Source: Aureliella sp.
GTDB lineage: Bacteria; Planctomycetota; Planctomycetia; Pirellulales; Pirellulaceae
NCBI GenBank assembly: GCA_963691875.1
Contig: OY829846.1
Coordinates: 1,376,001-1,440,000 of the forward strand
Direction of reading: 5' to 3'
DNA length: 64,000 nt
Both the position numbers and the translations under genes were made by a program. Below, in pieces: positions 50,532 through 60,131 of the stretch; position 1 is the first letter of the stretch, and every line of letters begins with the position of its first letter. The notes under the pieces are model-generated. The model had not been told where the DNA came from and made no database searches. It worked only from the letters and a program-made list of their open reading frames with translations.

Positions 50532-51788
50532 CTAGTTTCGCATGGTGAAGCCGAAGCTGAGAAGATGACCGCCTAGAGTATTGGTGACGCTGGAGCCGGG
50601 AACGCCACCGATGCCGGGTAGCACGATGGGCCCGACTCGAGAATTGTCCAAGTAGACCGAGTAGGCCAAGTTGGCAGAGAAGAGCTCGGTGAAGTTGACC
50701 GAACCGCCGGTGCTAATCATGTGCTGGTAGATGACAGGAGCAGCAAGATTAAAGAACGATTCGGAGTTCGATACCGGATTCTGATTGAAGGTATACCCAC
50801 CTCGCACGGTCAACTTTTCGGAAACTTTGCGTTGAATGCCGACCGCTGTGGACATGATCGAGCCATGACCTAAACCACCAAGAGCCCCGGTGGCGTCGAA
50901 GACTGGATCGTCGCCCAACCCATCTGCATTGGCGTAGTCGATGAAGCGAACATCCAGTGCAATCAGCGTATCTTCGTTGGCCTGGAAAGAGGCTCCAAAC
51001 GAAAAGATCAATGGTAAGTCTAGCTCAGCCCAAAGCTTCCTTGGCAAGCCGTTCTCATCGACTCCATTGAATTCAAAGTTCTCCATCCAAACAGGGCTTT
51101 TTAGCGAGGCTCCGAATCGCCAATGTTCGTTCAGAATAAAGTAGGAGCCAATCTGGAAGCCGCTGCCCCAGTGGTATCGTGTTGCATTGCCGGTTGAATA
51201 AGTTCCATTCGCGTTTACGGAACCCAGCACGAACGGTTCGAGCGTAACACGCCCCGTGGTAATCGTAGGACCTGCGGCAATCGAAAGTCGATCGGTGAGG
51301 GCGTAGGAGAGAACCGGAGCTATCTGAATGAAAAGTGCGTTGGAAGCGATTTGTCCAAGTCCGGTCGGAGGTGGCGCCAAAACTGGATTCGTTGGATCGG
51401 CTGGTAGATTGGTTCCAAAGCCAGCTACTGCACTGACGCTTGCACCAAACGTCAGTGCTTCGTTGCCTGTGTGATGGACGACTGCGATATTGGGAACTGG
51501 AAACGAACCAGTGTTCGCATCAGTGGAACCAGCAAAGGCACCCAAGCTGGACTCGACGGTATGGTTGGGGAATAAGAAGTCTAATGCCACCGCCGTCTCG
51601 GAACGCTCCATGCCGCTAATTGAAGCAGGGTTCCAGTACATCGCCCCAATAGAATCGATGGGAGCCGCAGCGGATGCACCTCCCATCGATCGATTGACCG
51701 GGCCGCCAGCCTGCAAAATCAAACCTTGTGCCATCGCCAGATTGGATAGGCAGCCTAGAATCGCTACGAATAAGCAATAACGTTGCAT
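50532..51788 (-). CDS. OmpP1/FadL/TodX-family outer-membrane transporter
   Basis: Signal peptide; SMGGA...YWNPA hatch motif; beta-strand pattern; VRGGYTFNQNP. Confidence 0.88.
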   Translation of the reverse strand: MQRYCLFVAILGCLSNLAMAQGLILQAGGPVNRSMGGASAAAPIDSIGAMYWNPASISGMERSETAVALDFLFPNHTVESSLGAFAGSTDANTGSFPVPNIAVVHHTGNEALTFGASVSAVAGFGTNLPADPTNPVLAPPPTGLGQIASNALFIQIAPVLSYALTDRLSIAAGPTITTGRVTLEPFVLGSVNANGTYSTGNATRYHWGSGFQIGSYFILNEHWRFGASLKSPVWMENFEFNGVDENGLPRKLWAELDLPLIFSFGASFQANEDTLIALDVRFIDYANADGLGDDPVFDATGALGGLGHGSIMSTAVGIQRKVSEKLTVRGGYTFNQNPVSNSESFFNLAAPVIYQHMISTGGSVNFTELFSANLAYSVYLDNSRVGPIVLPGIGGVPGSSVTNTLGGHLLSFGFTMRN

Positions 51789-51973
51789 GACGTTTCTTCC
51801 GGTCCAAGATCAACGGGAGATCAACAGTGTCTCGTTAACTTAGGAATCGGGATAATCGCTACAATAGGATTAACTTACCAGCTCGCAATCAGTCAAAACT
51901 GCGTCAAAATACGAGAATTAAATGACGCTCCGCGACTGCGAACCCCCTCCAGAGGGGCACCGATAACCTTCTG

Positions 51974-53461
51974 ATGCTTCCTATCTACCGTCGATTGATC
52001 ATTTCAGGTTTTTCCATGACCCAAATCTTTCCTTCCTTGGTAAAGATCGTCGAGATCCAAGTGACTGTTCTGTTTCTGTCTTGCACTCTGCTGGCAGAAA
52101 GCACGGGTAGCTCAAAGCTGGAGCGGCAGCGAATGCCCAACTTCATCGTGATTTTCTGTGACGATCTCGGTTACGGCGATCTTGGCTGTTATGGTTCCAC
52201 CAAGAACCGAACGCCCAACATTGACCAACTCGCCCGCGAGGGAAAGCGGTTTACCAGCTTCTATTCGTCGAGTCCAGTGTGCACGCCATCTCGATCGAGC
52301 TTGATGACTGGCTGCTACGCGCGACGCATCGGCATGCACGAGGACTTTACAGGGCACTGGGTTCTGATTCCAAGGAGTCGCCGTGGGCTTGCACCCGAGG
52401 AAACAACCTTGCCAGAAATGCTGAAGTCGATCGGATATACAACGGCTTGCGTTGGCAAGTGGCATTTGGGAGATCAGCCACAGCATCTGCCTACTAGACA
52501 TGGATTTGACTTTTATTTCGGCATCCCATACTCCAATGACATGCAAAGCAAAGGTCGTGGTGATCCACCACTCCCTTTGGTCCGACAAGAACAAGTGCTT
52601 GAGGCACCAGCTGAGCAGACGACATTGACGCAGCGATACACCGAGGAAGTTGTCTCATTCATTGAAGAGAATCAGGACAAGCCATTCTTCGTATACCTGC
52701 CCCATACTTTTCCGCATCTGCCACTTTTTGCTTCGGAGCATTTCCACGGAAAAAGCTCCAACGGACGTTATGGAGACGCAGTCGAAGAGATCGACTGGTC
52801 GACTGCGCAAATTATGGCTTGTTTGAAACGCTTGAAACTCGATGACAATACTTTGGTAATCTTCACCAGCGACAATGGCTCGAATGGTCGCAACGGCGGT
52901 TCGAATGCACCGCTTTCTGGGGCGAAAGGTTCAACCATGGAAGGCGGCATGCGAGTCCCCATGATTGCTAGATGGCCAAACAAGATTGCGGCTGGCTCGG
53001 AGTGCAATACCTTGACGACTACAATGGATTTGTTGCCAACTTTTGCTAAGCTCAGCGGAGCGAACCTACCAGATCGGAAAATCGATGGCCATGACATGTC
53101 TTCGCATTTGATGGCTTCCAAAACGCAAAGTGCCTACGATGCTTTTTACTACTATCGGCGGCGACAATTGCAAGCGGTAAGAGTCGGTGAGTGGAAGTAC
53201 CACTTGCCCTTGGAAGCCACTTTTCCGAATTGGACGACGCCCGACAAGTCCGGTAAAGGCCGTCCTGGCAAGCTTGTCAACCTGGAGGAAGATTTGCAGG
53301 AGAAGAGAGACTTATCCGGGCAACATCCGGAGATTGTGACTCGGATGCAGAGATTCGCCCAGCAAGCTATCAAGGAGTTAGGCAACGAAAACTTGGCTGG
53401 AGCTGAGCAGCGTCCTGCATCCACTTTAGATTCGTCCAAGCCAATGGTATTTGCGAATTGA
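51974..53461 (+). CDS. Type I (formylglycine-dependent) sulfatase, arylsulfatase A-like
   Basis: DDLGYGD, CTPSRSSLMTG, GKWHLG, FTSDNG; exact start uncertain. Confidence 0.94.
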   Translation: MLPIYRRLIISGFSMTQIFPSLVKIVEIQVTVLFLSCTLLAESTGSSKLERQRMPNFIVIFCDDLGYGDLGCYGSTKNRTPNIDQLAREGKRFTSFYSSSPVCTPSRSSLMTGCYARRIGMHEDFTGHWVLIPRSRRGLAPEETTLPEMLKSIGYTTACVGKWHLGDQPQHLPTRHGFDFYFGIPYSNDMQSKGRGDPPLPLVRQEQVLEAPAEQTTLTQRYTEEVVSFIEENQDKPFFVYLPHTFPHLPLFASEHFHGKSSNGRYGDAVEEIDWSTAQIMACLKRLKLDDNTLVIFTSDNGSNGRNGGSNAPLSGAKGSTMEGGMRVPMIARWPNKIAAGSECNTLTTTMDLLPTFAKLSGANLPDRKIDGHDMSSHLMASKTQSAYDAFYYYRRRQLQAVRVGEWKYHLPLEATFPNWTTPDKSGKGRPGKLVNLEEDLQEKRDLSGQHPEIVTRMQRFAQQAIKELGNENLAGAEQRPASTLDSSKPMVFAN

Positions 53462-53485
53462 CTCAAGAGTCGCCCTCCAACACGA

Positions 53486-56400
53486 TTATTCCACGCCAAA
53501 CAAACCAGCGGGTGGAATTAGCTCGCCGCCCAGAGAACCGAGCCGACCGGTTTGCAAGAATCGCGGTTCGATGTTGAAGTTGAAGGATACGTTGTCCCGG
53601 CCATGGTCAATGTTGAGCCCGACTCGAATCAATGCTGACTCTCCGACGCGCGTGAGTGATAAGCTCTGGCCGATCGAGCCGGTGTCGCCGAAATCGAAGG
53701 CGGCACCACTGGTAGCGATCCATTTGTCTGTCATGCGGTAGTTGACGTAGCCATTAAGGATGTTGGCGCTGATTGGCCCCTCGAGAGAAAGCATCCCGAT
53801 GTAGAGGTCTCCCCGCCCTGGCCGGCTCATCTGGGCTCCAGCTGAGATTGCCTTCAGACCTTGAGAGAAAACATCAAAGTAGCCATCCGACAGCAACGTC
53901 AAACGATCCCCGACGTGATACCTGAAATCGTAGGTGATTGCTCCAAAGTCTTCGCCAAAGTTGTCACGCTCGGCTTTCGGGAAATAGGTGAAGTCCGTAT
54001 CAAATTCGATCAAATCGACGATTCGCTCTCTGCCAGGCATTCCACGTTTCGTTTGCCAACGATTATTCAGTCCGACACGAATCTGGCTCATATCATCCAT
54101 CACCTCGGAACTTCCCGCCGTCACCCAACGTTGCATACCACTTCGGAGCGCAAAGGATCGCTCGTCAAACTGTGGAGGCAGAGCACCTCCGAAGGTATTG
54201 AAGATGAAACGCCGCCTGAAATACTCCTGAGCGTCATCGTCCAGCGGATCGTAAAGCGGAAATCGATCTAGGTCCTGATTGGAATCAGCGTAGAACCACT
54301 CTGTTTCTAAAGTCATCTTGTGAGCCAAGCCCCGAAGATCGAGTAATCTATTTTCGACGTTCGGATTGGCGTTCCACATCGGCAGAGCGGTTCGCACTCC
54401 CGCTTGCCCTGTGAGCCGCACAACGTCGTCTTGGGTCACGTCTTCGTTCCAGAATGCCGCTTCACCAGACAGATAGGGAACGACCTTGAATGCGCCGAGT
54501 GTGAATGGCAGGCTTAGTTCATGTCTAGTTGTAGCTCGCAAGCCCTCGCTGTCGCTCTCCCAAGGTCGTAATGTGAACTTTGCTGCATTCTGCGGATCAA
54601 TCGGAGCGGTTGCGACTCGCTGATGACCGTAGCCTGCACTAGTGTGGGCGCTCCAAGTGACGCGTTGCGCAAAGAGATCTTGCCCGAGCAAATAGTGATC
54701 GATACGAGGCAACCATTCTGTTTTCGTGTGGAAGTCGTTTATCCGAGGGCTGCCAAAGATCTCAAACATCCGATTACCGTTGTAGCGACGCAGACGAAGT
54801 TCGGTGTTGAGATCCTTGTTCTGATCCCATTCTTGTTCGAAGTATTGCTCCAAAAAATCTCGGTCGCTGGCCCAGCCTGTCTCGGCGGTAAGCTCCCAAT
54901 TCTGAGTCAGAAAAATCCTATGCTGCGAATAGGAACGCCCTCGAAATTCTTCCTCCGGCAGTAGATTGACACGATCTTGCCCGAGTGTGTCGAGGCCGTT
55001 GTCTTTGATGAACCAGGAATCGGAAAAGCCGTAGCCGGGTGCACCAAAAATCCATGTCGTCCGGTTGTACTCAAACCTTGATCCCAGGGCGAAGCCGCGG
55101 TCGGACAAGTAGTCGGTCGATAGCCGCAGCTCGGTTCCTTCCGGTCCGTCGATTCCCAATAGTTGGTACAGGTTCCAGTCGGCGAACACCTGCGTGCCGA
55201 AGATGGTGTCATTCTTGAAACGCAGACTCGACAGATAGAAACTTGAATCTTGCAAATCTGTATTCAGTGTAGGCCAGTAGAAGATGGGGACACCAGCCAA
55301 ATACACGTGGTTGCCACGCGAGATTGCTCGCATCTCAGTGGAGCGACCTTCCTCAAGATTCGAGAAGACTGACAAATCACCTTCTGAACGATTGTCGGTA
55401 TAGTCTACTTCGCCAGCCTGAACCCAATACCTTGGCACTCCCATACGGCTACTGGTGATGGCGGCATTGTAAGCCTTGAATGATTGCGAATTGCGTTGCT
55501 GCAGAACATCCGCTTTTAGTCGCATCAGTCCCTGATACTGAGGTACTGGTGTCAATATTTCGGCGTCCAGAACCATGCCATATTCGCTCGACACGTTGTA
55601 GTACATGCGATCAGCATAGATAACGCGATTGCCCTGATAGAAAACAATGTTGCCATCTAAGTACAGCTCCACTGGGCGATCTGGCGTCGAGGAGAATCCC
55701 TCAAGAATGCTACTGCCGGGCTCACTCCGTGCCCAAAGAACAGCATTGTCTGCTTCGAGTGTGATGGTTCCATAGTCGACGACGGAACCGTCTGCTTGCG
55801 CTACCTGGATTCCTTGCACGACCATCTTGAAGCCGCCGCGCACTGTTGCCACGACTTCACCACTTTCTTGATTGAAATCTGATTTGACCTGAGTCTGAGA
55901 ACCGCGTGGGAAAAACTGGACATTCTTGGCTGCATATGGCGGAGGTGTCGATGGTGGCGTAACTTGACGAACAACCTGTGGTGCGGATGGCGCCAAGTTG
56001 CTCGGATTCAGTTGTAGAGCGTTGTTCGGACTATCCGGTTGCCCTGCAATCGGCACAGCAACGGGTCCGGCTGCGGGGTAAGGTGCCGAGCCATCGGTGG
56101 GAATGGCCAGTCCGCTTTGCGGTAATAGTCTTGAGTTGCTAGTACTTCCTGCTCTCGCATTCGGATCCCATGAAACTCCGCCCGGAGTACTGGGAATTCG
56201 TGCAGCCGCTGTCGGCGCAGCGGGCCTAGCCGCATCCTGCAAGAGCGGAGGAGCTTCGAAGGAGCTTTCTTGTGGCTTCAGAAAACTAGCCAAAGAAACA
56301 CTTCCCGGCTCGCGAGCCCAATCCAGACTGGGGATGTCGTAGCGAGTCACCAATTCACCACGATCGATCGAAACAGGATGAATGCTGAAAAGGCGACCGG

Positions 56401-57004
56401 TATAACGCCAGTCCTTGAGCTTTTGACCGCTTCCCCAGTCCAGCTCTGCATTTCCATTCATGTAGCAAATAATCTTACCAGCTCGCTCTTCGCTAAGCAT
56501 CGTGTTGCGTTCGATCCACAGCACAATCTCATCCGCCTTGGCGGTAAGCTGGCCTTGGTTCAATTCGCAATTACCTTGAAAGGCCAAGACGTCATAGGCA
56601 CCACGTTTTACGCTTGCATAGGTGTCTGATGTGATCGAGATGCGATAGGCAGGATCAATTCGTGGAACATCGATCTCCGACGCCGAAACGGCCGTGTGTC
56701 GCTGCGAGAAAAGCGCGAATGAAAACAAAAGAATGTAGCAAGCTCGACCGATCGAACGAGTAGCAGGCAGTCCTGAAAAGGGCGGTTTTATTCTGCCACG
56801 CGCAAACGCATAGACAGACGGTTTTACCGCCAATGTCGAAATCGAGGATCGTTGCCTGATCCTGTTCTGCACCAAAGACTTTCTATGAAAGCGTACGCAA
56901 CGATCCGCCACCCAACTGAACCTTAAACCTGGGCTCATCCTGAGTGTTGATCGTAAAAGGCATTCACTCGCGGTTGCTGCGGTGAATTGCCAATGGAATT
57001 CCAA
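53486..57004 (-). CDS. lptD: LptD/OstA-like outer-membrane LPS assembly protein (planctomycete type)
   Basis: OstA-like jellyroll (YADRMYYNV), GVPIFYWP, SDRDFLEQYF, long C-terminal barrel; true start is probably near 56.8 kb, just before the hydrophobic signal segment. Confidence 0.75.
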   Translation of the reverse strand: MEFHWQFTAATASECLLRSTLRMSPGLRFSWVADRCVRFHRKSLVQNRIRQRSSISTLAVKPSVYAFARGRIKPPFSGLPATRSIGRACYILLFSFALFSQRHTAVSASEIDVPRIDPAYRISITSDTYASVKRGAYDVLAFQGNCELNQGQLTAKADEIVLWIERNTMLSEERAGKIICYMNGNAELDWGSGQKLKDWRYTGRLFSIHPVSIDRGELVTRYDIPSLDWAREPGSVSLASFLKPQESSFEAPPLLQDAARPAAPTAAARIPSTPGGVSWDPNARAGSTSNSRLLPQSGLAIPTDGSAPYPAAGPVAVPIAGQPDSPNNALQLNPSNLAPSAPQVVRQVTPPSTPPPYAAKNVQFFPRGSQTQVKSDFNQESGEVVATVRGGFKMVVQGIQVAQADGSVVDYGTITLEADNAVLWARSEPGSSILEGFSSTPDRPVELYLDGNIVFYQGNRVIYADRMYYNVSSEYGMVLDAEILTPVPQYQGLMRLKADVLQQRNSQSFKAYNAAITSSRMGVPRYWVQAGEVDYTDNRSEGDLSVFSNLEEGRSTEMRAISRGNHVYLAGVPIFYWPTLNTDLQDSSFYLSSLRFKNDTIFGTQVFADWNLYQLLGIDGPEGTELRLSTDYLSDRGFALGSRFEYNRTTWIFGAPGYGFSDSWFIKDNGLDTLGQDRVNLLPEEEFRGRSYSQHRIFLTQNWELTAETGWASDRDFLEQYFEQEWDQNKDLNTELRLRRYNGNRMFEIFGSPRINDFHTKTEWLPRIDHYLLGQDLFAQRVTWSAHTSAGYGHQRVATAPIDPQNAAKFTLRPWESDSEGLRATTRHELSLPFTLGAFKVVPYLSGEAAFWNEDVTQDDVVRLTGQAGVRTALPMWNANPNVENRLLDLRGLAHKMTLETEWFYADSNQDLDRFPLYDPLDDDAQEYFRRRFIFNTFGGALPPQFDERSFALRSGMQRWVTAGSSEVMDDMSQIRVGLNNRWQTKRGMPGRERIVDLIEFDTDFTYFPKAERDNFGEDFGAITYDFRYHVGDRLTLLSDGYFDVFSQGLKAISAGAQMSRPGRGDLYIGMLSLEGPISANILNGYVNYRMTDKWIATSGAAFDFGDTGSIGQSLSLTRVGESALIRVGLNIDHGRDNVSFNFNIEPRFLQTGRLGSLGGELIPPAGLFGVE

Positions 57005-57280
57005 GGTTGCTTATAGAAAAGCAAGCGAAAGCGGGCCAATACCAATCCCTCCCATCTCTCGTTGCAATAAGGAAGGCGATGGCTAACCAGGGGTTCTGCG
57101 CAGGCTGGAGAAGCACATCCTTTTGCCCTTAATGGCTCTTATGGCCCTGTCTGCTTGCGAGGGTGGGGTTACCAGTCCCGGACAAGTTCTTCACTCTTAG
57201 ACTGTTCCCCGAGCTGAGGAGCATGATGGAGCCAGAGCAGTCAAGAATTTTGGCGAATCCCACTACCTTTCAGGAGTTGA

Positions 57281-57868
57281 CTAGCGGAGGCCGGATTTGG
57301 CACAGAGCATGGCAAATACGTGCATCACGGCAGAAACGACTACCGCCAAGCCCGCAAAACGGTGAAGCGCTGCAAACTCTAGCAATCCTGGCGTATCTAA
57401 AATTGGCAACATGCTGAAAAACATGGTGCCCGCGGCGGCGATGCTAGAAATCAGCAACAACCAGGCACTCGCCCGCGAGAACCACCAGCGGCCATCACTT
57501 GTAAATCCCGCTTCCTCCGGCATCGCGCCATTGGGCACAAAGAGCACCGCAACCGCCAGCAGCAAAAACGTGAAGGCACCAGCCCCCGCGAGGTGCGCGA
57601 TCAAGGCGTAGCCAATCATATGACCAGCCTGCAAAATCGAGCCAAACGATGTTCCAGCTAACACAATGACTGTGGCCATAAATGCAAGATAAAGGAGCTT
57701 ACTAAACCAGCTTCGCGACTTGGCAGGAGTGACTGTTTTCTTGGAAGCGTTGATAGCGACTCCGCCAATTACAACCAATACCGCAAGACCGATAAGGCTG
57801 TAAATCAGAATAGATCTGAAGTCGAGTTGAGTGAGGCTCAAGTCGCCAATGGTAACAAAGTGTTGCAT
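57281..57868 (-). CDS. Cytochrome b-like integral membrane protein (FdnI/HyaC fold, three His)
   Basis: Five hydrophobic helices; LIAHL in one helix and H-x13-H in the last; GGAG RBS 14 bp after the multiheme stop. Confidence 0.65.
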   Translation of the reverse strand: MQHFVTIGDLSLTQLDFRSILIYSLIGLAVLVVIGGVAINASKKTVTPAKSRSWFSKLLYLAFMATVIVLAGTSFGSILQAGHMIGYALIAHLAGAGAFTFLLLAVAVLFVPNGAMPEEAGFTSDGRWWFSRASAWLLLISSIAAAGTMFFSMLPILDTPGLLEFAALHRFAGLAVVVSAVMHVFAMLCAKSGLR

Positions 57869-57882
57869 TGCGTTTTCTCCCT

Positions 57883-60048
57883 CTAGCGTTTGAAGAATCG
57901 GGACAAATTCCAGGTCATTGCTGAAACAACGACCAGGCAAGTCAACGCCAATGCGATCAAACCCGCGACTTTGAATTGCGACCGGCCCGCGAAGAGCTGA
58001 TTCCAAAGCGTCAGTCGTGGCATGTCGGCTTGCTGCAGATCATAAAGCTTGATCGGTTCCACTTCATGTCCGGGAAGCAAACCGACTGGAGTGATCTCTG
58101 CTTGGAAAAATAGCGATTCGTCACTGTGGCACTCAACGCATCCATTTGCTCCAAGCGATTGCCGGGCAGGTCGGACATTGTGCGCCAATGGCCACTGGTA
58201 GGGCTTGCTGGCATCCCCGATCAGCTCTGGATCAGCTGGTTCGATTTCTTCTTCGCCCTTGCGTACAAATCCTTGTCCGGCAGAAATATAAACTGCTGTG
58301 CCATCTGGAAACTCCTCCTCGATGGCCTCGAGTGCTGCGGCCATTCGTTCGTTAACTTGTTTCTTGCGTTCCTCCTCTTCAGCGGCAGCAATCTTCTCTT
58401 GCTCCTCTGGCGTGCGGTCTTCCTCTTTGGCACGCGCTCGGTCTTCACCAAGGATCTTTTTCCGATCACTGAGTGAAAGCTTCACGTCCCCCAGGTCTTC
58501 TTCGAAGCCCTTACGAACCTTGAGCGGACGACGCACAATATCGTAGACCTGTTGAGGATTAAGCACTTCGACTTTGCCACTGCGAATTAATCCCCAATAA
58601 GATGGCCACATCATGCGGTGAGGCGTGTAGACTTTGTCGTGAGCATGAAAAGCGTCGTCACCCCCTGCCGTTTCAACGCCCAAGTATTCTGAGTAGTCCA
58701 CCGGCAAGTTAACAGTGCCGAAAATTGCGGGTGCTTCCATCCCGGTGCGTTTGATGTGCTCCCCCAAGCGGTGAGCGATCGAGTTGATTTCACGTGGCAC
58801 CTCGCTGCTCGGCATGGATCCCGAGTGACAAGCCGTGCAAGTCATCTTTTCGAAGTGAATGGGGGGCAAGCCCTTATGCTCTGGCATGGGAGCGCCCAGC
58901 CGACCGGATGCTGCAAGCGGATCACCAGTCTCAGTAGCTGAGCCATGCCCGACGTCATCTCCAACGTGACAACCTTGGCAGGAAAGTGAAGCCACCAAAC
59001 CGCCCGCCTCATGCAACTCGCCGTCGTAGCCACGCACGGTGTGGTGATCTAGGCCATTGCGATGGCAATCGGCACAAGCAATTCCAGCACGAACATGCAC
59101 ATCATCATCGTGCATCCAACGCAAGCCCTGCCCTACTGAGTTTGCATCGCGACTGGTGTGGCAGTAGTAGCAGGAATCGTTCTTCGGCTTGCGGACTAAA
59201 TCGAAAAAGACCTTTCCATCCGACCTAAATCGCCCTTGTTCGTAAGCAACTTTCGGGAGCTTTGCTTGGTTCTCCTCAAGCTTCGGATCGAAGTCACCTT
59301 TGAGCCGCGTCATATTGCCGGAAACGGTTGCGATACCGAGTGCCGCGGTGGGTGCATACGCGAAGTTTTCATCTTCTATTTGCTCAGACCATACGAAGGG
59401 ACTGTAGCCACTTCCTGCGTTACGGTGACACATCATGCAATCAACAGGCACCGCACCGGTAATGTGCGTTTTATCCTCAGCTTCCCATTCGTCAGTTTCT
59501 TTTTCACTCTCTGATTCTTTTGCAGTAGCGATTTGTTCTTTCGAGATCTCGTTACCTTCGTCTTCCGGCAAGAGCGACTCTAAGCTACCGACGCCACCGC
59601 CAGGCATAAATCCACCCAGCTTGGCTGCAACTTCCCAACGCGACAATCCTAGGTCGTCAGGATTATGTGTCCCTTCCCATCCGCGAAAGGAAAGGGGTAA
59701 GTGAGTTCCAGTCAGATCGTCGCTCCAAATCCAGGGCTGTCCTGGTCGACCATGCTTCGTGTCTGCATCAGTCGCATTGAAGTGCCAGCCGTGTGAAATC
59801 GTCGAGTACTCATGGCAACGCCCACAAGTCTTCTCCGGCGAGTAGGGTTTGGGAGACTCTGCAGCAGGATCAATCTTTCGATTGTCAGCATCGTACAAGT
59901 CGATCCAGTGCACGTAGCCGCTGCCGTTGTCCGATGTCGCATAGCGGTTCTGTGCTTCAGATCGCTGTGCGAAGCCAAAAAATAGAGAACCGGAAGCTAG
60001 GCAAATGGAGGGGAATAGCTTATTCAGATCCACCAAGGATTCTCTCAT
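57883..60048 (-). CDS. Membrane-anchored heptaheme cytochrome c
   Basis: Seven CxxCH motifs (CGRCH, CMMCH, CYYCH, CADCH, CQGCH, CTACH, CVECH); N-terminal signal peptide; C-terminal TM helix plus RFFKR. Confidence 0.9.
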   Translation of the reverse strand: MRESLVDLNKLFPSICLASGSLFFGFAQRSEAQNRYATSDNGSGYVHWIDLYDADNRKIDPAAESPKPYSPEKTCGRCHEYSTISHGWHFNATDADTKHGRPGQPWIWSDDLTGTHLPLSFRGWEGTHNPDDLGLSRWEVAAKLGGFMPGGGVGSLESLLPEDEGNEISKEQIATAKESESEKETDEWEAEDKTHITGAVPVDCMMCHRNAGSGYSPFVWSEQIEDENFAYAPTAALGIATVSGNMTRLKGDFDPKLEENQAKLPKVAYEQGRFRSDGKVFFDLVRKPKNDSCYYCHTSRDANSVGQGLRWMHDDDVHVRAGIACADCHRNGLDHHTVRGYDGELHEAGGLVASLSCQGCHVGDDVGHGSATETGDPLAASGRLGAPMPEHKGLPPIHFEKMTCTACHSGSMPSSEVPREINSIAHRLGEHIKRTGMEAPAIFGTVNLPVDYSEYLGVETAGGDDAFHAHDKVYTPHRMMWPSYWGLIRSGKVEVLNPQQVYDIVRRPLKVRKGFEEDLGDVKLSLSDRKKILGEDRARAKEEDRTPEEQEKIAAAEEEERKKQVNERMAAALEAIEEEFPDGTAVYISAGQGFVRKGEEEIEPADPELIGDASKPYQWPLAHNVRPARQSLGANGCVECHSDESLFFQAEITPVGLLPGHEVEPIKLYDLQQADMPRLTLWNQLFAGRSQFKVAGLIALALTCLVVVSAMTWNLSRFFKR

Positions 60049-60131
60049 CGAGGAGCAGTCATCATTTAAAGAACGGCGTGGGGCTCGCACCAGGCCGAAG
60101 GAACCACTTAATTATGTCGTGACTTGGCCAA

